Of a stretch of 32,000 bases of DNA, positions 7,346-16,359 are shown piece after piece; position 1 is the stretch's first letter; the number at the start of each line of letters is the position of its first letter. Source of the DNA: Pseudoalteromonas tetraodonis (GTDB taxonomy: Bacteria; Pseudomonadota; Gammaproteobacteria; Enterobacterales; Alteromonadaceae); assembly GCF_002310835.1 (NCBI RefSeq), contig NZ_CP011042.1, forward strand, positions 120,001-152,000, read 5' to 3'. The translations under genes were made by a program, and so were the position numbers. Under the pieces are notes generated by a model. It was not told the DNA's origin. It was given only the letters and a program-made list of their open reading frames with translations, and made no database searches.

Positions 7346-8836
7346 TTATTCTTTTGTTTGCATGTTTTTTGCGCGTTCTTCTGCATCGATGAGTGCTTGT
7401 GATTTAGGCGCGCGTTTTTTTTCTTCTATTTTTGGTTTTTGTGGTGAATTTGGATCCCAGCTTTCATCAAGCGATAAATTAGCAAATGGATTGCTGCTTT
7501 GTGGTGAGTTATCAGGCTTACTTGGCTCTTCAGGGGCAACCTTTACTTGCTCAGGCATTACTTTTATTTTTTTAGTTGGTAGTGGCGCGTCGGGATCGAA
7601 AGTGCGTACTTCTGGCTCTTTAAAGTCGTGTTCAGTGGTTGAGCTTAATGATGAACGCTGCGTTTTTGCAGGATGGAAATCAGCTTGTGGCTGATGGGGT
7701 ACAATGGGTTCAGGTGCGCTGTGTGAAGGCTTTATAGGCGCTTCTTGTTGTACCTTTTTGATTGGCTGATTTATAGGATTACGCTGAATTTTGGTTTGTT
7801 TGGCTTCGGGGTCAAAATCTCTTACTTGTGGCTCGGCAAACTCTGTTGCATTTTTTATCCGCTCTAAGGTTGCTTTAGCAGCTGCTTCAAACTCTGCCGT
7901 GTTAGGCTCCGGCTTTATTTTCACTGTATTAACTCGACTAGAATCAGGCTCTTTACCCTTGCTTTCGACGGCTGGGTTTTGCAGAACAGAGCCAGTCACC
8001 ATCGGCTCAGTAACAACACTGTGAGTTTGATCATTGTCGTGACTTGGGGACATTTGCAATGGTATGCCAGTATCAGCCGTTTGTTTATTTTGCTTAATAT
8101 TGCGCAGGCGCATTAATACCACAACCGTAATTACCACAATTAACAATAGTGCCACACTTGGTAATACTAGCGAGATTATATTAGCCCCTTTGGGCATTGA
8201 AGAGGCAATAACGGCTGTTTGCTCGCTGGCTTTTATAGTGATAGGTACGGCGGTTTGTGCAGGCTCAACGGTGGCTTTTTTTACCTCTGGTTGCGTATTT
8301 TCCTCAGTGTTTGATAATTCACTGGCCGGTATTTTGCCGGGCTGTGCATTTTTTTCAGAAGCGCTGCTTTGTTCAGCCGCTGCTGTTACATTGACTTGTG
8401 ACTCATCAGGTGCTGTTGTGGTTGATGCTACTGGGGCATTTTTTTTAGCTTGCTCTATAGTTTGAGTGGCGCTTTTTTCGATTACATTATTTTGGGGTCC
8501 AGTTGCACTTTGCTCAGTTGCAGCGTCTGGGAACGTTGACTGTAAAGTGGGTTCTGTTTGTTGTGATTTTACAACCTCCGGGGTCGATTGTTCAATAACC
8601 GGCTGCGGTTTAGGCTTTGGTACTGGCAAAGTGCGTGCCGCTTGCGGATCACTGCAGTTTTTTTCAAAGTCTCGCGCAGCATTACGGTATTTACGGCTGG
8701 CTTTATTATTGCTGTGTTGCTGCATTTCTTGTTTTATAAGAATACACATAGCTTCGTTATAAGCGGCACTGCTGGCACTATAAAACAAAGCAAAACAAAA
8801 AAGTAAGCAACTCAGTAACGGTTTCATAAAACTCAA
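7346..8836 (-). CDS. Bitopic low-complexity (P/Q/E/T/K-rich) membrane protein
   Basis: 496 aa. It has the signal peptide MSFMKPLLSCLLFCFALFYSASSA and one central TM segment, IISLVLPSVALLLIVVITVVVLM. The internal repeat is EFAEPQVRDFDPEA / DFKEPEVRTFDPDA. Confidence 0.7.
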   Translation of the reverse strand: MSFMKPLLSCLLFCFALFYSASSAAYNEAMCILIKQEMQQHSNNKASRKYRNAARDFEKNCSDPQAARTLPVPKPKPQPVIEQSTPEVVKSQQTEPTLQSTFPDAATEQSATGPQNNVIEKSATQTIEQAKKNAPVASTTTAPDESQVNVTAAAEQSSASEKNAQPGKIPASELSNTEENTQPEVKKATVEPAQTAVPITIKASEQTAVIASSMPKGANIISLVLPSVALLLIVVITVVVLMRLRNIKQNKQTADTGIPLQMSPSHDNDQTHSVVTEPMVTGSVLQNPAVESKGKEPDSSRVNTVKIKPEPNTAEFEAAAKATLERIKNATEFAEPQVRDFDPEAKQTKIQRNPINQPIKKVQQEAPIKPSHSAPEPIVPHQPQADFHPAKTQRSSLSSTTEHDFKEPEVRTFDPDAPLPTKKIKVMPEQVKVAPEEPSKPDNSPQSSNPFANLSLDESWDPNSPQKPKIEEKKRAPKSQALIDAEERAKNMQTKE

Positions 8837-8907
8837 AAGTGGTTAAGCATCAATGCCCTAATCTTAAGCGTAAAGTGAAAAATTATCTAGAAGCGCCTAG
8901 CGTTAAT

Positions 8908-9175
8908 TAGGGTCTGTTGACCTTTGCGGATTACAATTTGTTCAAACTAGGGGCGGTTTAATCGCGGCGCGAGGTTTGTAACCTAGTGGACTAAGTAAAA
9001 ACCGAGCAACAAAGAGTAAATCGCTCCTAGGCAGAACCCGAAGGGCAGCGCCTGTTTGGCATTGATGCTGCGTTATCGCCTATTTATGGGGAACAACCAC
9101 ACTACATAGGCTCTGCCTTGCCTAAATACCAAACAGACTGCTGCAAATTTAACCTTGAAAGGTCAACAGACCCTA
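8908..9175. mobile_element. 268-bp MITE-like non-autonomous element
   Basis: Perfect 18-bp terminal inverted repeats: tagggtctgttgaccttt (8908-8925) and aaaggtcaacagacccta (9158-9175). Read another way, these are 16-bp TIRs flanked by a TA/TA duplication. The element has no ORF. Confidence 0.6.
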
Positions 9176-10636
9176 GTCAATTACCATTAAGCTTCGGTAC
9201 TCGTCGTAAGCAAATTGATCGGTCATACCGCTAATGTAGTCTTGAATTAACCGACAGCGATAATAAAATTCATAGGCTGCAAAATGATCGGGCTCTTCTT
9301 GCATCGCATTTATGGCATGCTGATAGCTACTTAAATGCTTTTTAGAGAGCTTTTTAACGAGTCTCGATTCTATTAATAAGCGGTTGTCGCCATGCAATGC
9401 ACGTTTAAAGTCATCGCTACTCAAAAGCAGCAAAGGTTTATAACAATCGAGTAGGCCATTAATAATACGGTAGCCTTGCAGTTCGAGCTTTTCGACTTCT
9501 TTGTGCGAAAATACATGCTCAAGCGCGACTTGTTTGAGCGCTTGGGTTGCTGCATGCAGGTAGCTGCGATCTTCTAATAATGCATGGTTAAAGTCGCCAT
9601 GATAAATTGGCTCTATGTTTTCAATAAAGCGTTTTGCGGCATGGTTTACTAGCGGGTGCAGTAATGACACGCGTAAATAAATAAAAAACTCACTATTAAA
9701 ATTAAAGGGCTGTGCTTGTGCCCGTTCTATGGCGTAGTTTATGGCGTCGTCCACAAAGCTTTGGTGTTGGGTGTCGTTAAGGGCTAAGTTAATTAGCGCT
9801 TTTTGATACTGCTTTTTTAGTTGCTCGCATAATAACTGTGTGGTGATAATGTCTTTTTCTACGGCGTCTTCTATGTCGGCAAGGCAATAAGAAATATCGT
9901 CAGCGGCTTCCATAATATAACTGGCAGGGTGACGGCAATAGGGCTCCATTTTCAGCTCAGTTTGCAGTGCCTCTACAAAGCTTTTTTCACTGTAGTAATA
10001 CCCCACTTTTTTCATAATGTAGTTTTTATTTTGAGGAATATCTTGCTTCGCTAAACTTGCAGGGCGGGTGTACTTTAAAATAGCGGCAGTTTGGCTATAG
10101 GTTAAATTTAGGCTCAGCAAAGAGTGAATAATACGTATTCCTTGGGCGTTGCCTTCAAAGCTGCAAATATCTTGGGCTAAATGTTTAAAAATAACGCCAA
10201 TGCTGCTGTTTGTTGTTTGGCAACGCTCAGGCGTAATGCTGGCTAAATTAGCATTAAACCAATTATTAATAGCCGCTTCGCCAAAGTGACCAAATGGTGG
10301 GTTACCAATGTCGTGCATCAGGCAGGCCATTTCTACTAGGGTTTCTAGTGGGCGCTCTAAACCCGACAAACCATATTCTTTTTGTTGCTGGTAATTTAAA
10401 TTGGCAAAAATGCGCTGCACAATAAAGCGGCCAACTTGCTGAACTTCTAATGAGTGAGTTAGGCGCGAACGCACTGCCGCGTTGCGCTCCAGCGGAAATA
10501 CTTGGGTTTTTTGTTGCAGCCGACGAATGGCTGCACTATTAATAATTCGGCCACGATCGCTCTCAAGCGCCATTTGTAAATTGGCAGTGGTGCGCTGCAT
10601 ACGTGCAGGGGTTACTTTGCTACTGAAGTTGATCAT
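9173..10636 (-). CDS. dgt: dGTP triphosphohydrolase (Dgt-type HD-domain dNTPase)
   Basis: 487 aa. RLTHSLEVQQVGR...CLMHDIGNPPFGHFGE is the HD-domain signature of Dgt. Length and C-terminus (DEYRSLMVID) are consistent with enterobacterial-type Dgt. Confidence 0.9.
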   Translation of the reverse strand: MINFSSKVTPARMQRTTANLQMALESDRGRIINSAAIRRLQQKTQVFPLERNAAVRSRLTHSLEVQQVGRFIVQRIFANLNYQQQKEYGLSGLERPLETLVEMACLMHDIGNPPFGHFGEAAINNWFNANLASITPERCQTTNSSIGVIFKHLAQDICSFEGNAQGIRIIHSLLSLNLTYSQTAAILKYTRPASLAKQDIPQNKNYIMKKVGYYYSEKSFVEALQTELKMEPYCRHPASYIMEAADDISYCLADIEDAVEKDIITTQLLCEQLKKQYQKALINLALNDTQHQSFVDDAINYAIERAQAQPFNFNSEFFIYLRVSLLHPLVNHAAKRFIENIEPIYHGDFNHALLEDRSYLHAATQALKQVALEHVFSHKEVEKLELQGYRIINGLLDCYKPLLLLSSDDFKRALHGDNRLLIESRLVKKLSKKHLSSYQHAINAMQEEPDHFAAYEFYYRCRLIQDYISGMTDQFAYDEYRSLMVID

Positions 10637-10785
10637 GGTAATCCTTTTTATGTGAATTAAGCACTTATTAAACGCACGATTATTTATTTTTAATAGTTTG
10701 CTTTAATTTATCAGCATGTATCATAAAGTAACAACTTGCTTTAGTATTATTTTTTATAAAATTAACATACATCTAGGTATTTAAA

Positions 10786-12006
10786 ATGAAGTTGTGGATC
10801 ACTAAGGTAATGTGTTTTTGCCTTTTATTGGGTGTGAATAGTGCGTTTGCCGCTAAAGAGCAAACGGTTGTTATGATCTCTATTGATGGCTTGCGTTGGG
10901 ATTACATTGAAAAGCACGGTGCGCCTAATTTAAAAGCAATGGGTGAGCAAGGCGTAAGAGCGCAAAAAATGCAGCCTGTTTATCCTACTAAAACGTTTCC
11001 AAATCATATTTCGGTGATCACCGGTTTACTGCCAGTTAACCATGGCATTGTAGATAATAAGTTTTGTGACAAAGCGCGCAATAATGAATGCTACAGCATG
11101 GGGAAAGGACAAAAAGACAGTACCTGGGTACGCGGCACGCCACTGTGGAATTTAGTTAAAATGCATGGGCTTAAATCGGCGGTATACTTTTGGCCTGAGT
11201 CGGATGCGCGCTTTAATGGTATGACGCCTGACTATTATTTTCATTACTCTAAACAAGGTGACTACCAAGACCGAATTGATCAAATCATTCAATGGTTAAG
11301 CTTACCTAAAGCACAGCGCCCACGTTTTGTGGCGAGTTATTTTTCGTTAGTCGATAGCATGGGGCATGAATATGGCCCTGATGCGGTGCAAACGCGTGAT
11401 GCCGTTAAACAGCTAGATGCGCTGATGGGGCAATTAAAAACCCGCTTGAGTAAGTTAGAGCAAGAGGTAAATCTGGTGATTGTGTCTGATCATGGTATGG
11501 CACAAGTTGAGCCTGAGCAGAGCATTGTTGTGAGCAGCTTACCTAAAGATGATAATTTTATGGTTGTTAATACCGGTCCTCGATTACTCATTTATACTAA
11601 AAGCGATGCTAAAAATGCAGATGTAGAGGCTTATAAAGCCCGTTTACAACATGCAGCAAAAGGACGTTACACGGTACTAACAGAGGAGCAGCTTGCAGGA
11701 TATCACTATAATAAAGGCACTCGTGTGGGCGATATTGTGGTACAAACGACAGCGCCTGCGGTATTTAGCAGTAGTGCTAAAGTGCCTTACTTAGGAACGC
11801 ATGGCTATGCCTATACCGATGATATGGCAGCGACATTTATTGCTACCGGGCCGGCGTTTAAAAAAGGGGTGAGCATTGAGCGAGTGAATAATTTAGATAT
11901 TTACCCTGTGCTTGCTAAGGTGATGGGTTTAAAGCTAATGAGTAAAGTGGATAGCGATGGTAAAACCTTACTCCCTGCCATACAACAGAAAATGATTAAT
12001 CATTAA
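10786..12006 (+). CDS. Secreted nucleotide pyrophosphatase/phosphodiesterase (NPP, alkaline-phosphatase superfamily)
   Basis: 406 aa with a signal peptide. VVMISIDGLRWDY...YPTKTFPNHISVITG...DSMGHEYGP...VSDHGM are NPP metal-site and nucleophile motifs. Confidence 0.85.
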   Translation: MKLWITKVMCFCLLLGVNSAFAAKEQTVVMISIDGLRWDYIEKHGAPNLKAMGEQGVRAQKMQPVYPTKTFPNHISVITGLLPVNHGIVDNKFCDKARNNECYSMGKGQKDSTWVRGTPLWNLVKMHGLKSAVYFWPESDARFNGMTPDYYFHYSKQGDYQDRIDQIIQWLSLPKAQRPRFVASYFSLVDSMGHEYGPDAVQTRDAVKQLDALMGQLKTRLSKLEQEVNLVIVSDHGMAQVEPEQSIVVSSLPKDDNFMVVNTGPRLLIYTKSDAKNADVEAYKARLQHAAKGRYTVLTEEQLAGYHYNKGTRVGDIVVQTTAPAVFSSSAKVPYLGTHGYAYTDDMAATFIATGPAFKKGVSIERVNNLDIYPVLAKVMGLKLMSKVDSDGKTLLPAIQQKMINH

Positions 12007-12010
12007 AAAA

Positions 12011-12026
12011 GAGCGCCGAGGCGCTC
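12011..12026. terminator. GC hairpin between convergent genes. The T6 tract is on the minus-strand side.
   Basis: gagcgc / loop cgag / gcgctc. It is preceded on the plus strand by aaaaaa (12005-12010), which forms a U-tract for minus-strand transcripts. Confidence 0.5.
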
Positions 12027-12048
12027 CGCAAGGGAAACTTAATTGGTA

Positions 12049-12071
12049 AGCATGGGTAATTTACCCATGCT
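12049..12071. terminator. 10-bp perfect hairpin between convergent genes
   Basis: agcatgggta (12049-12058) / loop att / tacccatgct (12062-12071), followed on the plus strand by gatattgttattt. Confidence 0.45.
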
Positions 12072-12125
12072 GATATTGTTATTTAAGCTGAATTTTGAGA
12101 ATACATTTATTATTCAGAATTGAGC

Positions 12126-12869
12126 TTATTTAAAGTTAGCGATACTGGTTTTTGTGTCGGTAACGGTACGAATGGCGTACGACTGATTGGTCACCCCAAA
12201 TGGGATACCGTTTACGCTCCAGTTAGGGTTTGAGAAATAGTCGTACTGTGTTGCACTGCCAAATACAAATGGGTAGGCCATAATACTGGCAAATTCATTT
12301 TGTACACCGTGCCCCATACCATCAACGTATACACCACCGGCTGTATCGCCTTGCTTACGTGAATGCGCTAAACCTTGGTTATGACCAAGCTCATGAACAA
12401 AGGTTGTGGCTCCACAATCGATTGCGGTGATTGAGTACATGCGGCTGCTCATTGAGCTGTATAAATTACCATTTGTGCCTTGGCCAACCCATGCTAAGCC
12501 ACATGAAATTAAACCGTTACCTGCACTTTGGCCTGTACCGAGTACGGCAACCATGTCGGCTTTCCAATCATTGCGTAAACCATCTACGTAACTACTATTT
12601 GTGACGGCATTTAACCAATCTTCAGAAGGGGTTACTGCATAGTCACCTAAATTTTGAGTCCCAACTAAACGTAGCGTAATGTCAACGCCATTTTGGCTGT
12701 ATACTTGGTTACTAAAAGCAATAAGCTGATTAATTTTGGTATTGATATTACTGGTAGCTGCTGCAGATTGATCGGTATATAAAATACCAATATCAATGGT
12801 TTCTGCTGACACTGTGCTGGCCGCACATAGCGCCGTTGCAATAGCGGCTGTTGAAATTACTTTTTTCAT
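12126..12869 (-). CDS. Secreted metzincin zinc metalloprotease, catalytic domain only (reprolysin-like / peptidyl-Asp M72-like)
   Basis: 247 aa with the signal peptide MKKVISTAAIATALCAASTVSA. FVHELGHNQGLAHS is the HExxHxxGxxH motif. Confidence 0.8.
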   Translation of the reverse strand: MKKVISTAAIATALCAASTVSAETIDIGILYTDQSAAATSNINTKINQLIAFSNQVYSQNGVDITLRLVGTQNLGDYAVTPSEDWLNAVTNSSYVDGLRNDWKADMVAVLGTGQSAGNGLISCGLAWVGQGTNGNLYSSMSSRMYSITAIDCGATTFVHELGHNQGLAHSRKQGDTAGGVYVDGMGHGVQNEFASIMAYPFVFGSATQYDYFSNPNWSVNGIPFGVTNQSYAIRTVTDTKTSIANFK

Positions 12870-12941
12870 TGTTGTATTTCCTTACTTTTTACGATTGCAG
12901 TGTTTACTGCTAGGTCTTGTTGCCTGCGTTGACAGGTTTGT

Positions 12942-13655
12942 TTAAAAAGAGGGCGTGTTTTCAGCACGAGGTGCAAATGGATCTATGTCATCCGCATTTT
13001 TTGGTGCAGGTTCACCAACCTGATGCTCTATATGTGTTTTATATAGGTCACGCTTAGCTGCAATCCAGCCATATTGACCTTTACTTTCAAAAACATAATT
13101 ACCACTTGGGGCTGTAAATTGACCGTAAACCGCATCATTGCCAACGGTTAATATGGTGGTGTGCATTGCGCCATTGGCCCCAATAACCTGACCAACAATG
13201 CTTTTATCGCCGTTACTGGCACGGGTAACATTGGTTATTTCAGCGCTGTAGGTTTCTGCGGTTTGCGGTATTGCAAGGTCAAAATTATCACCCGTTTTGA
13301 GGGTTTTTAGCGCCGCTAGATCAAATTCTATGTAGGCTTCATTTTGTAAATCGGTTGGCAGTACTTTTGCCGCTTTAAGTATTTCTTTAGCCTTTGCTGA
13401 AGGTTTATTAATTGCGTCAAATGAGTTTGAAGGTACGTTTGATTCAATGTTAGCGGGTTTTGCTGCAATAGGGTCTTTACTCATATCAATGGGCGATGGG
13501 TTATGTGTTTTTTTTGCAAACTCAGAATCAACAGGAACGATATCAATAGCAATGGGCGCTTCTACCTCATCGGTTTTTTTCTGATCATTAAGCAGCGTAT
13601 ACAAGGCAAATACAGACAAAGGAATAGCGATAGTTAAAACAATGTAACGTTTCAT
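12942..13655 (-). CDS. Membrane-anchored or secreted hypothetical protein, upstream partner of the metzincin
   Basis: 237 aa with the N-terminal anchor MKRYIVLTIAIPLSVFALYTLL. It lies 72 nt upstream of the protease gene on the same strand. The C-terminal part (FDLAIPQTAETYSAEITNV...GQVIG...LTVGNDAVYGQF...GNYVFE) resembles, from memory, the N-terminal pro-region of long M72-like proteases. Confidence 0.6.
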   Translation of the reverse strand: MKRYIVLTIAIPLSVFALYTLLNDQKKTDEVEAPIAIDIVPVDSEFAKKTHNPSPIDMSKDPIAAKPANIESNVPSNSFDAINKPSAKAKEILKAAKVLPTDLQNEAYIEFDLAALKTLKTGDNFDLAIPQTAETYSAEITNVTRASNGDKSIVGQVIGANGAMHTTILTVGNDAVYGQFTAPSGNYVFESKGQYGWIAAKRDLYKTHIEHQVGEPAPKNADDIDPFAPRAENTPSF

Positions 13656-14024
13656 CTGTTTCTCTTTTAGGTTAAATGGTGAACTAATTGTTAAGTTTTA
13701 TCTTAAAAAAAGAATTAGATCAAATTTAAATTGTAACCATAAAGTGGTAATTGCTTTTTTTATAACTTATTGTAAGTATTTGCTTTACCTTTTTTAGGTA
13801 TACTTTTTTGGTTTAATAGGATGGCTTTTTTGTAGTAATGGCGCACCCTGTGGCATGTTTTTGGGTACGTGTGTGTTTTTTAAATCACACCGATTTTGAC
13901 AAGTAAAACTGACCAATAAAATTTTTTAGTAACGTGATCATTTTTCATTATTCAAAGGGCTAATTGCAAAGTATAAATAGGCAAAGTATGTTGTATCGTT
14001 AAACACCTATTAAAAGAGGGAATT

Positions 14025-15182
14025 ATGGCAGGGACTGATCAGTTACTTAGTCGAATTATGGCAGGACTTGTTGCGGTCATTATTGGTTTTTCAAGTTCTA
14101 TTGCATTGATTTATCAAGTGGTGATCACCTTAGGTGGTACACCTGAACTTGTGGCAAGCTGGATATTAATGCTGGGGCTAGTAATGGGCGGTACGTCTAT
14201 TATGCTGTCGTTTTATTATAAGGTGCCCATTTTAATTGCATGGTCGACCACCGGTGCAGCATTACTGATCTCAAGTGCCCAGGGCTACAGCTTACATGAA
14301 GCGATAGGCGCATTTATGCTATCAGCCTTATTGGTATTGGTATCTGGCATTACCGGTTGGTTTGAAAAAATCATGAACCGTATTCCCAGTGAACTGGCCT
14401 GTGCTATGTTAGCGGGGGTATTAGTCACATTTGGTATTGATGTGTTTAACTTTATGAACGACTTGCCATTGGTGATTGGTTTAATGGTGGTGGTGTACTT
14501 TATTGGCAAGCGCTTTTTTGCTCGTTTTGCAATGCTAAGTGTATTGTTAGCGGGTATATTTTTAACCTGGTATATGGGAAATATCGATACTAGCACCGTG
14601 CAGTGGCAGGCAAGCAGCTTTGCTTATATTGCACCAAGCTTTAGTTTGCAGGCATTTATAAGTATTAGTATTCCTTTGTATATAGTAACTATGACTTCAC
14701 AAAACTTACCCGGTTTCGCTATTTTAAAAGCGCATAACTATAAAGCGCCAATATCATCGTCATTAACTGTGACCGGGTTAATAAATTTAGTAACCGCGCC
14801 ATTTGGCACCTATTCAATTAATTTAGCGGCCATTACGGCTGCTATTTGTATGAGCGAAGAGGCCGATAAAAACCCTGATAAGCGCTATTGGGCGAGCATT
14901 GCTGGTGGGATGTTTTACATTATTATGGCGCTGTGTGCTGCAATGCTAGTGGCGATTGTAGCAAGCCTGCCGCAAGCACTGGTATTGGCGTTAGCGGGTA
15001 TTGCTTTGTTTGGCACCATCGCTAATAGTTTGCAGCAGTCTTTGCACAGCCCCGAATATACAGAGGCGGCCATTATTACCTTTTTAGTTACGGCTTCTGA
15101 TTTAACGTTATGGTCAGTCGGCTCTGCGTGCTGGGGGATAATAGCAGGGGCACTCACGTTAATGGTGACACGTAAGAGCTAA
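14025..15182 (+). CDS. benE: BenE-family benzoate/H+ symporter-type membrane protein
   Basis: 385 aa and polytopic. GLVAVIIGFSSSIALIYQ...APILIAWSTTGAALL... is typical of BenE/YdcO. RBS gaggg lies 5 nt before the ATG. Confidence 0.8.
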   Translation: MAGTDQLLSRIMAGLVAVIIGFSSSIALIYQVVITLGGTPELVASWILMLGLVMGGTSIMLSFYYKVPILIAWSTTGAALLISSAQGYSLHEAIGAFMLSALLVLVSGITGWFEKIMNRIPSELACAMLAGVLVTFGIDVFNFMNDLPLVIGLMVVVYFIGKRFFARFAMLSVLLAGIFLTWYMGNIDTSTVQWQASSFAYIAPSFSLQAFISISIPLYIVTMTSQNLPGFAILKAHNYKAPISSSLTVTGLINLVTAPFGTYSINLAAITAAICMSEEADKNPDKRYWASIAGGMFYIIMALCAAMLVAIVASLPQALVLALAGIALFGTIANSLQQSLHSPEYTEAAIITFLVTASDLTLWSVGSACWGIIAGALTLMVTRKS

Positions 15183-15332
15183 GAGCAGATTTTAGGTGTT
15201 AGGTGCGGGGATCGGGTGTCGAGCAACGGGTTTGGTACTGTGCGCGCGAGGTAAACTCACGCCTACAGTCGATCACCGCACTTAGCTGATCTCTTGCTGA
15301 TCGCTGACAGCTAAAACCTAACCGCTGCTCTT
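15181..15332. repeat. About 150-bp imperfect palindromic element filling the benE/hemH convergent gap
   Basis: Outer arms are aagagcag (15181-15188) and ctgctctt (15325-15332). Inner arms are gtgcggggatcg (15203-15214) and cgatcaccgcac (15270-15281), matching 11/12. Degenerate 7-nt periodic strings (ttaggtg ttaggtg cggggat cgggtgt cgagcaa cgggttt; ctaaaacctaacc) recall the heptamer arrays elsewhere in the window. Confidence 0.45.
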
Positions 15333-15339
15333 CCCGTTT

Positions 15340-16359
15340 TTATAGCATTGGTTTTAACACATCAAACATGGCGTCTATGTGATCGTCACGGTCGTTAAGC
15401 GCTGCTATATAACGGTATTTTTCGCCGCCGGCTTCTTCAAAAATCTCTCGGTTTTCACCTTCTAATTCTTCAAGTGTTTCTAGGCAGTCGGCGCTAAAGG
15501 CAGGGCTGATAATAGCCACATCTTTAATTCCTTCGCCAGGTAAGCTCTCAAGAGTTGCATCTGTGTAAGGTTTTAACCATTCAGCTTTACCAAAACGGCT
15601 TTGGAAAGTGGTGATCACTTTGTCTTTATCTAGGCCTAGCTTTTCTACCACTAAACGGGTGGTTTGTTGGCATAGGCAGTGATAGGGGTCGCCATTATCT
15701 AAAAACTGTTTAGGCATGCCGTGATACGAAAACACCATTTTTTGTGGCATGCCGTGTTTTTCTAAATCTTCGCTAATGCTGTTAGCAAGCGACTCTAGGT
15801 AGGTTGGGTTTTTGTGATACCCATTTACAAAGTGTAGCTCAGGCACCCAGCGCCATTTTTTTAATACATTTGCCACGGCATCAAATGTTGAGCCTGTGGT
15901 TGGACTTGAATATTGTGGGTAAAGTGGTAACACAATAATGCGGGTTAAGCCTTTATCTCTGAGCTCTTCAAGGCCCGCTTCGATTGATGGATTACCATAG
16001 CGCATCGCCATAACCACTTCGGTGTTGGTATAGCCGTGCTGTTTTAATAAGGCATTTAATTTAATGCTTTGTTGGCGTGTAATGTGGGTCAGTGGCGAGC
16101 CATTTTCAGTCCATATGCTTTTATACAATTTAGCTGAGCGCTTTGGGCGTATACGCAAAATGATGCCATGCAGAATAAGCATCCACACAATACGCGGTAT
16201 TTCTACGATACGAGGGTCTGACAAAAACTCACGTAAGTAAATACGCAATGCACTTGCTGTTGGGGCATCGGGGCTACCTAAGTTGGTCAGAAGTATTCCC
16301 GTTTTTTGGTTAAAACGCCCGTCGTGGGGATTGTCGGTAACGGCAGAAAATCGCGACAC
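15340..16359 (-). CDS. hemH: Ferrochelatase
   Basis: ORF track 15340..16374 begins at TTG. The sequence ttgAAGGAGcacaacGTG places a consensus RBS 6 nt before GTG at 16359, so I prefer that start. GILLTNLGSPDAPT...LREFLSDPRIVE...PLYPQYS are ferrochelatase motifs. Confidence 0.9.
   Translation of the reverse strand: MSRFSAVTDNPHDGRFNQKTGILLTNLGSPDAPTASALRIYLREFLSDPRIVEIPRIVWMLILHGIILRIRPKRSAKLYKSIWTENGSPLTHITRQQSIKLNALLKQHGYTNTEVVMAMRYGNPSIEAGLEELRDKGLTRIIVLPLYPQYSSPTTGSTFDAVANVLKKWRWVPELHFVNGYHKNPTYLESLANSISEDLEKHGMPQKMVFSYHGMPKQFLDNGDPYHCLCQQTTRLVVEKLGLDKDKVITTFQSRFGKAEWLKPYTDATLESLPGEGIKDVAIISPAFSADCLETLEELEGENREIFEEAGGEKYRYIAALNDRDDHIDAMFDVLKPML

Noticed and set aside
7335-8806. Chain of plus-strand ORFs (7335..7694, 7791..8024, 8064..8465, 8466..8762, 8588..8806) covering almost the whole antisense strand of the 496-aa gene.
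   Set aside because: Their products are Cys/Ser/Gly/Ala/Phe-rich, as expected for the mirror image of a P/Q/E/K/T-rich gene. They are fragmented across frames and lack RBS signals. The minus-strand product has a proper signal peptide and TM helix.
9173-10636. dgt considered as an anti-phage dGTPase defence gene.
   Set aside because: Size and motifs match housekeeping Dgt, and the neighbours (NPP phosphodiesterase, a membrane protein) are not defence-like. Nothing in the sequence distinguishes it from the core enzyme. The adjacent MITE is reported separately.
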